Positions 12,037 through 24,600 are shown, counted from the whole stretch's first letter. The stretch: 63,974 nt of DNA, filler included, from Malassezia furfur (GCA_052055015.1; 5 parts of 5 records of this genome joined end to end with filler, not necessarily neighbours in it); one strand, 5' to 3'. Numbers and translations are program-made. Notes: generated by a model not told the origin, from the letters alone.

Positions 12037-13887
12037 ATGGCGTCCGATGCGGAGGACGACGCGGACGTCGTGCGGTTCTTGCTTGCATCAGATACCCACC
12101 TTGGGTACCTGGAACGCGACCCGGTACGCGGCTCGGACTCGTTTGATGCGTTTGAAGAAATCCTCCAGCTGGCCCAGGCACACGACGTCGATTTCGTCCT
12201 GCTGGGCGGCGACCTCTTCCACGAGAACAAACCGTCGCGCGCGACCATGTACAAAACCATGTCGCTGCTGCGCGAGTATACCCTGGGTGACCGGCCCGTC
12301 TCTGTGGAGCTGCTGAGCGATCCGATGGACGCGCGCGCACAGAAGTGGTCGTTCCCCGCCGTGAACTACGAGGACGCCAACCTGAATGTGAGCATCCCCG
12401 TCTTTTCCATCCACGGGAACCACGACGATCCACAAGGCGCGGATACGGATGGGCCGCTGTCGGCCCTCGACGTGCTCTCTGCAGCGGGTCTGCTGAACTA
12501 CTTTGGGCGTGTCGAGCTAGCGGCCGACTCGCGGTCGAAGCGCAAGGCAACCGACGACGAGATGATCAAGCTGCGGCCGATCCTGCTACGCAAGGGAGAC
12601 ACGCGTGTGGCCCTCTATGGCATCGGGAATGTCAAAGACGAGCGACTTGTGTACGAGCTCGAGTCGAACCACGTATGCATGTACCGGCCCGCCGAAGAGC
12701 CCGACGCATGGTTCAATGTGCTCGTCGTACACCAGAACCGCGCGGCGCACTCGACGCGTGGGTTTATTCCCGAAAGCGCATTTGACGACTCCGTTGACCT
12801 CGTGGTGTGGGGCCACGAGCACGAGCAGCGTATCACCCCCGAACCTATTTCGGAGAAGCACTACTACATCACACAGCCGGGCAGCAGCGTCGCAACCAGC
12901 CTGGCGCCGGGCGAGGCGGTCGAGAAATGCGTCGCGATCGTCAGCATTCGGGGCAAAGACTTTAAAGTCGACCCGATTCCGCTGCGTGCGCCACGGCCCT
13001 TGGTGATGAAGGACGTGTCGCTTCCCCACGAGGCGGCAGCAGCGCACCTCGACGTGTCGAGTCGCACGGACGTCGCCAAGCTGCTGCGCACACACATCGA
13101 GTCGCTCATTGCGCAGGCCACGCGCGAGTGGGACGCACGTGTGGCTGCGCTGCCCGCCGACCAGCGCCCAGAACAGCCGCTGCCGCTGATCCGACTGCGC
13201 GTCGCGTACGAGACGCAGCTGGCGCTCGGCAACGTCGCGCGCTTTGGGCACGAGTTTGCCGGGCGCATTGCCAACCCAAAAGATGTGCTGCAGCTGCAGC
13301 TCAAGCGCGGGCGTACGGCGCGGGCGCCGCATACGAGCCATGCCGTGCGCCTCGACAAGGACATGCTCCCTGCCGAAAAGCTGGAGCGTGTCGAACTTGC
13401 GGACCTGGTCCAGGAAAATATGCGCACACAGCACTTTGACTTGCTCGAGGGCGCTCAGCTGCAGCAAAGCGTGATGCGTTTCGTGGAGAAGGACGAGTAC
13501 GTGGCCCACTGACCCAGACGCGACGCCGTTGAACAGTGCGTGGAAGGCTCATGCAGGTTGTTGCAGCGCACGCTGCCCGAGATCGAGGCGAGACTCGCCG
13601 CGCGCCATCTCGACGAGGCGCAGCTGCAGCACGAGGTGCGTCGGCCACTGACCCAGCTCGACCGCCTCACGGCGCACCCCGTGGCCACCGAGCAGGCGTC
13701 CGCTAGCACTGCACGGCGCACGGCGCCCAGTCAGCCGCCGCCCCGCGCGTCGCCGTCGCCGCCAGCGTCGGAGGAGGCGCATGCACGTGCGCCGACGCCT
13801 GACTCGATGGACGAAGAGTATGTGCCTGCGACCGCGCCCACGCGCGCGGCCCGGCGACGGACCGTGGCTCCGGCGTCGCCGCCGGCG
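12037..13887 (+). CDS. MRE11: Double-strand break repair nuclease Mre11 (3' end lost at gap)
   Basis: SDTHLGY, GGDLFHENKPSR, SIHGNHDDP, WGHEHE, QPGSSVATSL. 21-nt introns at 13497-13517 (in-frame TGA) and 13636-13656. Confidence 0.95.
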
Positions 13888-13987
13888 NNNNNNNNNNNNN
13901 NNNNNNNNNNNNNNNNNNNNNNNNNNNNNNNTTAATTAATTAANNNNNNNNNNNNNNNNNNNNNNNNNNNNNNNNNNNNNNNNNNNN
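13888..13987. other. Artificial contig spacer
   Basis: N44-TTAATTAATTAA-N44; the linker puts stops in all six frames. Confidence 0.98.
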
Positions 13988-14028
13988 CTCCACTCCAGAC
14001 CACACACGCGTGGCCGAGGCCGGTCACG

Positions 14029-15823
14029 ATGCGCTGCACCAACTGTGGCTCGTTGGCCATTGATTTTGCAGACTCACAAGCAGTATGCAGTGCATGCGGT
14101 GTTGTGCTTGAAGAGTCACAGATCGTTAGTGACATTACGTTTGCCGAGAACACAGCGGGCGGTGCCGTTGTCCAAGGCAGCTATTTGGGGGCCGACCAAG
14201 GTAAGTGACGCGTACTGACCCAGTGCGTGCCCGCACGTCCGGGCCTGGCTTCCGCGGTAGCTCTGCGGGCGAGTCTCGTGAATGCACAATTGCGAATGGT
14301 ACGTTTCTCTACTCATCCAGCGCGATGGAACATCAATCGCATGGCTACCGCTCGCGGCGTCCCTGCTCATGTGGCCGAGCGCGCTCTCCGCTTTTTCCAG
14401 CTTGCGCTGGATGGCGGTACGGCGACAGCGTCGGGGTCTCAGCCAAAGAACTTTGTGCTGGGCCGCAAGTCGGATTACACGGTTGCCTCGTGCTTATATG
14501 TTGCCTGCCGCATGGCCAAAACAACGCACATGCTGATCGATTTTGCGGACGTGATCCAAGTCAACGTGTTCGTGTTGGGTCGCAGTTATCTGCGGTTGTT
14601 GCGCGTGTTGAATCTGCAAATGCCGCTGATTGACCCTTCGTTCTATATCAGCCGCTTTGCAGCGCTGCTCGAGTTTGGCGACGAGACGCAGCGCGTGGTG
14701 ACCGACGCAACTCGCCTCGTGACGCGGTTCAAGACGGATTGGATGGTTGAGGGTCGCCGCCCTGCTGGCATCTGTGGGGCCTGCCTGCTGCTAGCCGCGC
14801 GCATGAACCATTTCCGGCGTTCGGTCACCGAAATTGTGCAGGTCGTCAAGATTGCGGATGTGACGCTGCGCAAGCGGTTGGAAGAGTTCAAGTCGACACC
14901 CAGTGGACAACTCACCATTGAAGACTTCCGCAGCGTCTGGCTTGAAGAGGAAAACAACCCGCCCGCATTTGCGCGCGCACGAGCGCCGAAAGGGCCCAAA
15001 CAAGCTGAGATCGACGCCGTGGCACCCCAAATGTCGCCAGAGCCCGAGATGCCCGAGCTTGATCAGCTTGCTGAGCAGGCAACCGAACAGGAAATCAATT
15101 CCTATCTGCAACAGGATGACATCCGCGCCCTCGAGTCAGACCTCTCCGTCCAGGAACGCAACCGAGTCGAGCGGGCGCGGGCAGGACATGCGGCACCTGA
15201 GCCACGGGCTGAGGCGGATGCTGCACCGAGTACAGAAGCATCCCGTGCACAGGACGATGACCTCGGCGACTTGGATGAGGCAGAATTGGACAATTTCATC
15301 CTGTCCGAGGACGAAGTCAAAGTCAAGGAACGCGTATGGATGGAATTTAACAAGGACTATCTGGAGGCTGCGCTGGCGCGTCAGCTTAAACTGGAAGCGG
15401 ATCAGAAGGCAGGAATCGCGACTGCCCCACGAAGTGTATGTTGTTCAACTCACGCAGCGGAAACGCCAGAAACCTCGGGACGGGACGACGGCGCCTACGA
15501 AATCAGCGGCCGAATCAGCGAAGCAGATGATGCTACAGAAACGCTGGTCCCGCCGGATCAACTACGACGTTCTCAACTCTTTGTTCCCTGGTGGGAATGG
15601 ACCGCAGTCCAACACGTCCAAGAGTGGTCCGTCGGCCAATATGCCAGCCGAAGAGGAGCTCAGCGACGACGAAGAAGACAGTGATGACGATCTGGGCGAT
15701 GCAGAGCCACAGGCCAAGCGGACACGTACGGACACGAGCGACTGGCGCAGTCTGGGAGGCTTGCCTCCTGCCCCCACGGAAGCAGACTACGACGAAGAAG
15801 ATGTGGGAGACTATTGGGAATAG
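14029..15823 (+). CDS. BRF1: TFIIIB subunit Brf1
   Basis: Zn ribbon CTNCG..CSACGVVLEES, cyclin repeats (GRRPAGICGACLLLAARMN), WSRRINYDVL. Introns at 14201-14223, 14299-14320, 15436-15457. Confidence 0.93.
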
Positions 15824-16056
15824 GACTTGTAGACTAGATATACCCCGTTGCGATCGGCCTCCACATGCGGGGGATCATGCGCGGTGTTCCAAGGCCGCGG
15901 ACCGTGCGTGGGGTCTGGGCTGCGCTGCGATCGTTTGTAGCGCCGCCGAGATCGATGGAGAAATGGTACGGGGCATATTTTATGTCGGGTCACTTGGGGT
16001 GTCGGCGGGCACCTTGCCCAACGTTGTCTCTTACGACCATCCGTACCTTTGCAACC

Positions 16057-16572
16057 ATGTCCGCACAATCCAACAACACGTCCAGTCCGATCCGGTTTGC
16101 CTCCTTTGATGTGACAAACCAGGTCTTCTACGAAAATGACAGCGCAGTGGCGATTGTTAACCTTAAGCCTGTCGTGCCAGGGCATGTGCTGGTCATTCCC
16201 AAAACGCATTATGAGCGCTTCGCCGACATCCCGCCGGCCGATCTTGCCAAGTTGTTCGATGCGGTGCAAGCCGTGGGAAAGGTGGTTGAGCACGCCTTCT
16301 CGGGCGACTCCTTGTCGATTGCGATTCAGGATGGCCCAAACGCGGGGCAGACAGTTGCGCATGTCCACGTCCACGTTCTCCCGCGTCGTGCGGGCGATAT
16401 TGAGCCCAACGACCTCGTCTACGAACATTTGGAGCGATTTGGTCTAGAGCTCCGCTCCATTCACGAGAAACAAATGGACAGCGAGCGGAAGCCCCGTTCG
16501 CCGGAGCAGATGCATGCCGAGGCGGAGTGGCTCCGGACGCAGTGCGCGCAAGTCCTGCAATCGGGTCCGTAG
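16057..16572 (+). CDS. HNT2: HIT-family dinucleoside triphosphate hydrolase (Fhit/Hnt2)
   Basis: VNLKPVVPGHVLV and QDGPNAGQTVAHVHVHVLPR. An upstream in-frame ATG at 15982 is possible. Confidence 0.9.
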   Translation: MSAQSNNTSSPIRFASFDVTNQVFYENDSAVAIVNLKPVVPGHVLVIPKTHYERFADIPPADLAKLFDAVQAVGKVVEHAFSGDSLSIAIQDGPNAGQTVAHVHVHVLPRRAGDIEPNDLVYEHLERFGLELRSIHEKQMDSERKPRSPEQMHAEAEWLRTQCAQVLQSGP

Positions 16573-16617
16573 AAGCGGTCGGCACACTTTGTATTAGCCA
16601 TGGTTATATGTACATCT

Positions 16618-17135
16618 CTATAGGGCCCCAGCTGCCACCGAGATCAGGATTCCAAACATTGCGAACAAGAGAAAGCCAGTAATGCATGCGAGCAAAAAGA
16701 CTGCGTTACACGATACACGTACTCTCGACACGACTGGGAATGAAAACGTTTCGTATCAATGCTTGTTGGATGTGGAAGAAGCGTTGCGCGCCAATCAGCA
16801 GGACAACGACACCAATGCCCACGAACGAGACGCCGATGGGTGCACCACTGCATGAGTACAGATACATACACTTTCTTCAGGGAGCTGATTTTCACGTTCT
16901 TGAACACATGCATGTTCCCACGGAGCATGACCGCCAAGCCAGAGGCCTCGTTCTGATCCACAATGATCTCCGGCAGCCGGAATAATTGGGTAATGGCGCT
17001 TTATGAGGAGTTCACATACATTCCGATCGCTACTAGGCTTAAAGATGTACGCATCCATGCTAGAAATGTCCGCTCGAGGGCGAGGTGGTCGCGCGCAACC
17101 GACCCCTTGTTCTCTAGCTCGTACATTAACTGCAT
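16618..17135 (-). CDS. DUF202 small membrane protein
   Basis: LENKGSVARDHLALERTFLAWMRTSL plus three TM segments after removing introns at 16999-17019 (21 nt), 16848-16869 and 16701-16722 (22 nt each). Confidence 0.85.
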
Positions 17136-17208
17136 GGTTGCGGAGTTGGAGGTGGATCGGGCAATCGGGGCCCGTGCGGATCTACAACGGGTCGCTCCGG
17201 ACGACGAC

Positions 17209-20200
17209 ATGACGCTACCCCAGTACGTGCAGTCGATTGTCAAGTACAAGAGTCCGCATCCGCAAGACCTCTCCTTCCAAAAGGGAGCATACATTCGTGT
17301 GCTAGGCTTGGCCGAACGAACTGGCGACGATGAGGACGACGAGGACGAAGAAGACCATTGGTACCTGGGCGAGCTCCTCGACGGGACGAAGCGGGGGCAA
17401 TTCCCCGCCAGTCTTGTGAAGCCGGTGGATGCGCAGGACATTGCTGGTCTTGAACCAAGTGCATCAAGTGCTGAAGCAAGTGTGCCTAGCGCGGCACCTG
17501 CGGCAGCCGTAGCTGTGCCCGCGAAGGCGGAGACAGAGGAGGTGCCGAAAGAGACAACGGCTCCGGTTCCGACTGCGCCAGAGATGAAGCCAGAACAGGT
17601 TCAACACGCAGGCGCGGCAAAGGAGGAGGCGAAGGTGCCTCTCGAGGCCGCACCAATCGCATCGGAGTTCGACGCGGCTCGTATGGAACCTGTGCCCATG
17701 GCTACTGAAACAGCGCCGTCGGGGGTTCTCATGGTTAGAACTGAAACTTTGGAGCTGGACGCTGAACCTTTTACGTCTGAATCACATCCTGCTCCTCCCG
17801 AGCCCACTGTGCCTGTTGCTGCAGCCCCGAAACCTACTACGCCTGTGCAAGAGCAGAAGCCTCCTACGCCTACCTTGTCTGAGCCTCGTGCGCCTACCTC
17901 GTCTGAGCCTCGTGCGCCTACCTCGTCTGAGCCTCGTGCGCCTACCTCGTCTGAGCCTCATGCGCCTACCTCGTCTGAGCCTCGTGCGCCTGCCTCGTCC
18001 GAAGCCGAAGTCCCTGATCCCAGCCGCCTCTCTCTTCGTGAGCGCATCGCTGCCTTCAACAAGCCCATTGACAAGGCACCGCCGCCACCCATCCCGCGCG
18101 GAAAGCCCGGTGGCTGGAAACGGCCGCCGCCGCCGGAAAATGGGCAGAAACCGCCGATGCCCGCTCCCACCGAGGCACGCGCGGCCAGCGGCCAGGCACC
18201 CGCACCCGCACCGGTTGGCGAGCCGGTGCGAAACGATGCGCCTGGCTCGTTCAGTGCATCGGATGCGAAGAGCAGCATCAAGATGAGCCTCAAGGAGCGT
18301 ATGGCCGCACTGCAGCGGAACGAGGCCGAGGTGAAGCCCCCTGTTGCGCCGCCGCCCCGTAAGCTCAGCCGCGATGTTGAGTCAGAAGCTGCGCCGGAAG
18401 AGGAGGCGGACGAGGACGAGAAGGCGCGCCGCGCTGCCATCACGCAGCGTATGGCGCGCATTGGCGGCCAGAAAATGGGTCCCTTTGGCGGCGTCGCTCC
18501 ACCGACGCAGCCGCCCGCCAAGGCAGTTGCTCCTGAAGCTGCTGCGGCGCCCACACAGGCCGATGGCACGGCGCCCGATGCGGAGCCGACCGGCACGACC
18601 GAGACGGCGGCGCAGGTCCCTATGCCGAACGCCGAAACGGACGGCGCAGATGCTCCCGAAACGCTCGTCATCCCTCGGCGCGCGGCTGCCCCCCGTACAC
18701 GGCGTCCGAAACCGGCTGCGTCTGCGCCCGCCCCGGTCGACGCGGAGGCTCCGGCGCCGGACACGGCAGCCACTACGGATGCCACGTCGCCGGATATCTC
18801 TCCGGCGGTGCCTGTGATCAGGGGCTCGGACGAAGCGACAAAGCCAGTGGGCGCAGACGGGGAGCCAGAGAAGGCATCTAGTGATGCTGTGCCGGCTACA
18901 GGGGAGGCGATTTCCACGGAGCCCCAAGCGCCCATGCCTTCTGTACAGAGCCCGCCTGTCCCCAGCGTGCCGCACGCCGTACCGGAGCAAGGCGCGCCGC
19001 GCGAGTCGACCTCAGCAGCCACAGAGCCGCCCGTTGCGCCTTCGCCGACCGCCACCCAACTCGCTGACGAGTTTGCGCTGCCCTCGGCCCAGTCGGAGAC
19101 AACGCGGCCGGAACTGCTGACCGATATGCGAGCGCACCGCGAGCCGTACGCGCATACGGCGCCGGTTGAAGAACAGCCGCAATCGGTGCCGTCGAGTCCC
19201 GTCAATGTAAAGACCCCGGTGCTCGAAACGGTGCCGACACGCCCGGCGCCTGTGCCCAACGCGCTGGAGAGTAATCGATCGGTGGCTCCGGAAACGCAGC
19301 CTGCTGCGCAGGTGGTACCACCAGTGTCGGAGCAGAGCGACGCGGCACCTTCTATTCAAGCAGAGCGCGCCACAGCGGCGATGCCATCGCACCCGGCCCC
19401 CATGGCACCCGTCCAAGAAGGTTCGGCCATCGTCCCTGACGCAGTGCCCATCAAGAGCGCTGTTCCTCCGCCCCGGAGCGCGCCGCCGCCGCCGATTGTC
19501 CCTGCCGCACCGGTCGCGGAAGCCACTCAGAAAGCACCCGGGCAAGATGCACCACCGGCTGCAATGCCTCGGCAGGCATCGGCCGAGTCGGACGACTTTA
19601 TCGAGCAGCGTCAACAGCTCGAACAACTGCTTGGCGAGGAGCAGAATGCGTCGGGACAGGAAAGCTCGGCACTTCCGTACATGCGCGGTGAGAAACCGGG
19701 GGCTACCCTGCAGGATACCTCCACACTTCCTCTCATCCCCGGCGAGGCACCTGCCAGCGAGCCGCAAGAGGCTGCGCAGCCGACAGTTACGCGCATCACC
19801 AGGGTGCCAGCGACGCCCACCGAAGAGGTAGCGTCGCCGCCGACCGCCCATCCCGAGCGTGTCGCGCCCGTCCCACCTCTCGTGCTGGATTCGAAGACGG
19901 AGACGCTCAGCCCTCCGCAGGGTGCCAGCTTGGGCCGGACGAACTCGACGGCATCGGAAAAGGACATGCGCTCTGCGCCGCTCTTTGCGCCGTCGCCTTC
20001 GGACGTCAGCTTCCCCACATTTGCGTCGCCGCCGCAGCACGAGTCCGAGGAGCCACAGCCCACCGAAGAAGATGCCGAGCAAGTGCGCCGTGCGCAGCTC
20101 GCGCAGCGCATGGCACGCATTGGCGGCCAACGCATCGCCGGGATCCCTGGCATGCCCATTGCCGCGCGTCCAGCGGCCCCGATGTCGCAGACTCCCTCCG

Positions 20201-20505
20201 AGCCCGTGCCTGCCCCGCAGACGCCCTCTGTGCAACCCGATGCGCCTGTTGTGCCGCAGCAACCGACGCTCCCCAATGTGCCCGTGGTTGGCACGCCGGA
20301 CACGGAGACTGCACCGGCTGCGCACCCGCAGCGGCCTGTGCGCCGTGCCCCGACGCTTCCTCCGGATGCGCAAATGCCACATGACGGTGTTCAGGAGCAT
20401 GTCGAAGCCCATGCACTCCCGACTCGTGCGCCACCATCTCGTCCGCCTCCGTCGCGCGCGCCGCCCTCCGCGGGAGAGGCTCCGGTGCGGCACGAAACCC
20501 TTTAG
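17209..20505 (+). CDS. N-terminal SH3, proline-rich cytoskeletal protein (Bbc1/Mti1-like)
   Basis: SH3 domain YKSPHPQDLSF..WYLGE..GQFPASLV, SLKERMAAL, RRAAITQRMARIGG repeated, Pro/Ala/Glu-rich body. Confidence 0.8.
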   Translation: MTLPQYVQSIVKYKSPHPQDLSFQKGAYIRVLGLAERTGDDEDDEDEEDHWYLGELLDGTKRGQFPASLVKPVDAQDIAGLEPSASSAEASVPSAAPAAAVAVPAKAETEEVPKETTAPVPTAPEMKPEQVQHAGAAKEEAKVPLEAAPIASEFDAARMEPVPMATETAPSGVLMVRTETLELDAEPFTSESHPAPPEPTVPVAAAPKPTTPVQEQKPPTPTLSEPRAPTSSEPRAPTSSEPRAPTSSEPHAPTSSEPRAPASSEAEVPDPSRLSLRERIAAFNKPIDKAPPPPIPRGKPGGWKRPPPPENGQKPPMPAPTEARAASGQAPAPAPVGEPVRNDAPGSFSASDAKSSIKMSLKERMAALQRNEAEVKPPVAPPPRKLSRDVESEAAPEEEADEDEKARRAAITQRMARIGGQKMGPFGGVAPPTQPPAKAVAPEAAAAPTQADGTAPDAEPTGTTETAAQVPMPNAETDGADAPETLVIPRRAAAPRTRRPKPAASAPAPVDAEAPAPDTAATTDATSPDISPAVPVIRGSDEATKPVGADGEPEKASSDAVPATGEAISTEPQAPMPSVQSPPVPSVPHAVPEQGAPRESTSAATEPPVAPSPTATQLADEFALPSAQSETTRPELLTDMRAHREPYAHTAPVEEQPQSVPSSPVNVKTPVLETVPTRPAPVPNALESNRSVAPETQPAAQVVPPVSEQSDAAPSIQAERATAAMPSHPAPMAPVQEGSAIVPDAVPIKSAVPPPRSAPPPPIVPAAPVAEATQKAPGQDAPPAAMPRQASAESDDFIEQRQQLEQLLGEEQNASGQESSALPYMRGEKPGATLQDTSTLPLIPGEAPASEPQEAAQPTVTRITRVPATPTEEVASPPTAHPERVAPVPPLVLDSKTETLSPPQGASLGRTNSTASEKDMRSAPLFAPSPSDVSFPTFASPPQHESEEPQPTEEDAEQVRRAQLAQRMARIGGQRIAGIPGMPIAARPAAPMSQTPSEPVPAPQTPSVQPDAPVVPQQPTLPNVPVVGTPDTETAPAAHPQRPVRRAPTLPPDAQMPHDGVQEHVEAHALPTRAPPSRPPPSRAPPSAGEAPVRHETL
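17878..17997 (+). repeat. Coding tandem repeat, 24-nt unit x5 (SEPRAPTS)
   Basis: TCTGAGCCTCGTGCGCCTACCTCG repeated five times with single substitutions. Confidence 0.95.
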
Positions 20506-20561
20506 TGTGATAGTCGCTTGTGCATAAATTCAGAATCCGTCCATTTCCTCCACATTGCTCC

Positions 20562-21283
20562 ATGGTCCGATTCAAGGTAGGCGCGTGTGCTCACAGCAGA
20601 ATCGGTGGTTGCTCTTATCTTTGGCGGGCGAACCAGACCATGTGAGCGAGGATCTTGGCGAACTCGTGTCGCAGATCGAGGCTCGGAAGTACTTGCCCAA
20701 GGCACCAAGTGTGAATGCATATGCAATTGCCAAGGCGCTGCGTGCGTCTTTGCAGCAGAACTTTGGCGATGCAGCTGCAGGCGCATACGGTGGGCCACTG
20801 ACATGCAAGTACTATTCGCCCAAGTCGGGCATTGCGATTGTACGGTGCGCGCGCGAGGGAATGCGCTACGTATGGGCGTCGGCGACGCTGCTGAACGAAA
20901 TCGAGGGGCAGCGTGTCCGCATCTGTACTTATGCATGCAGTGGTATGTGCACGGCTTACACAGGCACCATTCGCAAACTCCAGCGCAAGGCAATCGCAAT
21001 TGACCGGTACTATATCTTGCAACTGGAGCAGGCCCAGCACGACATGGCCAAGATACCCCCTCCACCTGCTGTGACAGTGCCAGACGTGTATGGTGATCTT
21101 GATGACGATGATCTTGGCATGGCAGTGGATGCTGAGCCAAACGATGAGGACCCCCTTGACGAGCGTGGTACACAAACGCACGATGCAGACGACGCTGGCG
21201 ACGCTGGTGCACCGCCTGGGATATCCAGTGCGACCGCTCAGCTGCTGGAGCAGAGCAGAGCAGATATCCTCAATATCTCTTAA
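20562..21283 (+). CDS. POP5: RNase P/MRP subunit Pop5
   Basis: MVRFK|NRWLL (intron 20577-20599), KYYSPKSGIAIVRC, CSG|TIRK (21-nt intron 20943-20963). Confidence 0.9.
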
Positions 21284-21421
21284 TGTATGGTATAAGTGCC
21301 TAGTGCATGTACAAGAGGGCGCATCACGGCTGCGTAGTCCGCAAGTGTGCTCGGTGCAGCCACACACGATGCTAGGTGCAAGAACAAATACATTCTGCGC
21401 GCAGGTCAGCTCAACAGCAAT

Positions 21422-21521
21422 GTCTCGTTGGTGTAGTTGGTTATCACGTCGGTCTCATAACATGATCGCGCTTGGCGCGAATGATATCTGGAGGTCGCCA
21501 GTTCGATCCTGGCACGGGACA
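21422..21521 (+). tRNA. tRNA-Met(CAT), elongator type, 26-nt intron at 21460-21485
   Basis: Acceptor stem GTCTCGT/ACGGGAC, D-arm GTGTAGTTGGTTATCAC, anticodon CAT at 21456-21458, T31-T39 pair typical of elongator Met, T-loop GTTCGATCC, downstream T-run. Confidence 0.92.
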
Positions 21522-21667
21522 TTCCTTTTTGCAAATTTTTTTTTGTGGATATTTTTGGACACCGTCAAGTGCCACGTGAAGGGCTTCGAGCAGCTTGGCG
21601 GCGCATAGGAAAGTCGATATGGTACATGGTACGTGCTACAAACGCAACCTGCAAGGGCGTGCCTTGC

Positions 21668-24600
21668 TTAACTAAATATGGGAAGCGGGGAGGCCGATGG
21701 GAACGGGTGTGATGCGCCATCTGGGGATGCGACCCCTGGCTTGTTCAACGCACTCGCGTCGAGCCCGAGCGTTGGGAATGGCGAGGGCGGCAGTTGGCCC
21801 AGCACCGACTGCGACGGTGCATTGAAGTTGGCCATGGAAATGGCATTCCCATTGTCTGCCTGCATGCCTTGCGACAGCATCCAGTCCCAAAAGCCATCCA
21901 TAACCGGCGGGCTGTTGTCTGACGGGCTGTGCGTCGTCGTATGCGAAGAGCCCGAGCCCGAGCCCGAATAGGAGCTGGGGCTGTGGCTGTCCACAAAGCT
22001 CGGTGGCACACTTGAGTAGGAGCTCGATGGTCCTGAGGAACTTGCGTCCGACATGGGCACGTCCAAGTTCTGCTGCCCGTTGTCCTGCACGACATTCGAG
22101 GTTCCTTGGTTCGCCAATGACCCATTCGTTGCGGCGTTGGCGTTGGGCAGCTCAAAGTTGTCGAGGAACGATTGCAGATCAAAGTCCATGTTGGCAGGTG
22201 CGGGTGTATCTTGCGCCATGGGCATTTCAATACCACTTGGACCGATCTGGTAGGGGTCGAGCGATGAAAAGGACGGTTGGAAAGGAGGCAGCGCATTGAG
22301 TGGGTAGGGAACAGCACCGGTGGTGGCCGGCGCCGCAGCGGTGGGGGGCGGCGCCGAGACCGACTCAGGCAGCGCCTGTGACTGCCGCTCGCGCTCGCGC
22401 CTCTGCTTGGTAATCGTCGGCTCCGGCTCCTGGAAGATGGGCTTGTTCTCGTCCTCTTCCAGCAGCGGTTCGGCGCCGCGCGAGATGCGCGCGACACGCA
22501 GCGCCATGTTGAGCAGGTGGGTGCGCGACTGAGGCTCCTGCCCGCTCTTGCCGCGCTTCTGCATCGCGTCCCACTGCTTCTGCTCCTCGTCGAGTAGGAC
22601 ACGAATGATGCGGATGCCACGCGGCGTCAGCCCAGCGTCGTGCGCCGCACGGCACATGCCGTCGAGGCCCTCGGCAATCTCGGAGCGGATCGTCTCGCGC
22701 TGGATCGCCGTAGGCGGCGTATAGAGCAGGTCGAGGCACAGGAGCGTTGTGGCATTGAAGCTCTGGAGCACATTCTGCACCAGCTTGTCGCCGAGGTCGC
22801 TGCGTTTGCGGATGTCGCGCTGCATCGACAACACGCGCCGTGCGAGTTCGACACAGCAGTTGCGTGCCTGCTTCTTGCTGAGCGCCTGGCGGTGCAGCTG
22901 GAGCAGACGGTCAAACACGTTCTGCTGGAATGCCCAGCGCTGCACCTCGATCAGCTCTTCGCTCTGGCGCCCCGCCATCTTGTCGGAGAAGACAGACGCG
23001 CGGCGCAGCACGCCGTGGTACTTGCCATCGAGCGTGATATTGAAGTCGCACGCGATGCGCCGCGGCTTGCCGACGGTGGCCTCTTCCATCTCGAGGCGTG
23101 TCACCATGTCGACGTGCTCGCGCGTGATCTTGGCGAGCTCCATCATGGACAGTGCGTAGGAGATCTCGGTAAAGACGTCGTCCGGGTGCGGCTGCGTGCC
23201 GGAGCGGAGCAGGTCGTCGTTGTTAAAGTTGCCTGGCATCGGCGTGTTGAACTGGTGGGGCTGGATCATGTATGGCGTGGTGCTGAGCAGCGCACAGTTC
23301 CAGTCGCTCACCACGAGCGACCACCAGAGACGCTTGGCGATCTCCTGGCGGATGCGGTAGTCGAGACCGTCGCCGGGCTTCGGCTGATTCGCCAAGTCGC
23401 CAAGGCGGTGCAAGCCCATGCCCTGTGCGTTCGAAATGGCGATGCGCATCATCGCCGGCGAGTGGTTCGCCGAGCGCGGGCACTGGCACATGAGCAGCAC
23501 GATGGTCGTCAGCACGTTGAGCGACGTCGACCCAATAAAGCCCGACAGCACGAGACACGTCTTGGTCGCGCTGCACCACAGCGGCGCATAGCCCTGGTCA
23601 ACAAAGCGCCCGAGCTGCGCATTGACATGCTCGTCGTCGGCCTCGCGGAAGCGCAGGCCGATGTTGAGCACCATGAGCAGCACACCGAGCCAGCACGTGT
23701 CCGACGTGTCGATCGCCTTGGCACAGCACAGCGGCGTGGTGAGCGAGTACATCATCCGCACCTCTTTGCGGAGCGTGGGGATGTGCACGACGTTCATCGT
23801 GAACGGCTGGGCCCGCCGCTCGAAAATGTCGAGCAGCAGCTCGGTCTGCTCGAGCGTCGGCAAGGTGCGCACGATCGCCGTGAGCACCGCGAGGCGCTCG
23901 GGCGTCACATGCGAAGCGGTCGACGACGAAGACACCTTGGTGCAGTCGACCGTGTCGCGGATCACGTCAAACTGGCCCATCTCTTGTGCCGCGGCGAGCG
24001 CCCAGCCGAGGCCCCAGCCCAGGGACGACTCCGTGCTGCTCTCGAGGCGCAGCAGGCTCTTGCTCCGGCACGCCGACATCATCGGGCAGTCCAGCGGGTC
24101 GCCCATGTCCAGCTCGGGCTTGAGCGGCTTGTCGCCCTGCGCCGCGTGGCACTGCGCGAGTTCGGCGGCGTGCTTGGCGGTGAGCGAGTAGTCGATCGGG
24201 TCGATCACGCCCTCGTTCGCGAGCTCGCGCCGCGCCTCGGGGCTGTCCGAGGAGCGCGCCTTGTCAAACGCGCGGCGCATCGCCTGCCGCCCGCGGTGCT
24301 GGTTGAAGGCGAGGGTGCCCTCCATAGTAAGCCCCTCTAGCACGAGCGCTGCGTCCTCGGCCTCGGGGTCGATCTCGGCAACCTGCTCGCCCGTACGGTT
24401 GTGTACACGGATGGGGTTGTCGGGCAGGTTGCCGAGCGAGTCGCGCGGCAGCGCGTTGGTCGGGGTGACGCCCGAGGTCGGCTTGCGCGACTGCTGATCG
24501 AGGAGCGTCTCGAGGTACTCGAGCCGGCGCCTGATGTCGTTCACATCGTCCTTGGGCTCCGGCGGACCAGACAGCGCCGACTGGCACACGATTTCGCCAG

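Noticed and set aside
13932..13943. TTAATTAATTAA palindrome recurring every ~13.95 kb as a periodic element
   Set aside because: Always embedded in N-runs; it is a synthetic all-frame stop linker.
16963..17208. N-terminal extension of the 1180-aa SH3 ORF
   Set aside because: It overlaps the DUF202 gene on the other strand, and the SH3 domain begins right after the ATG at 17209.
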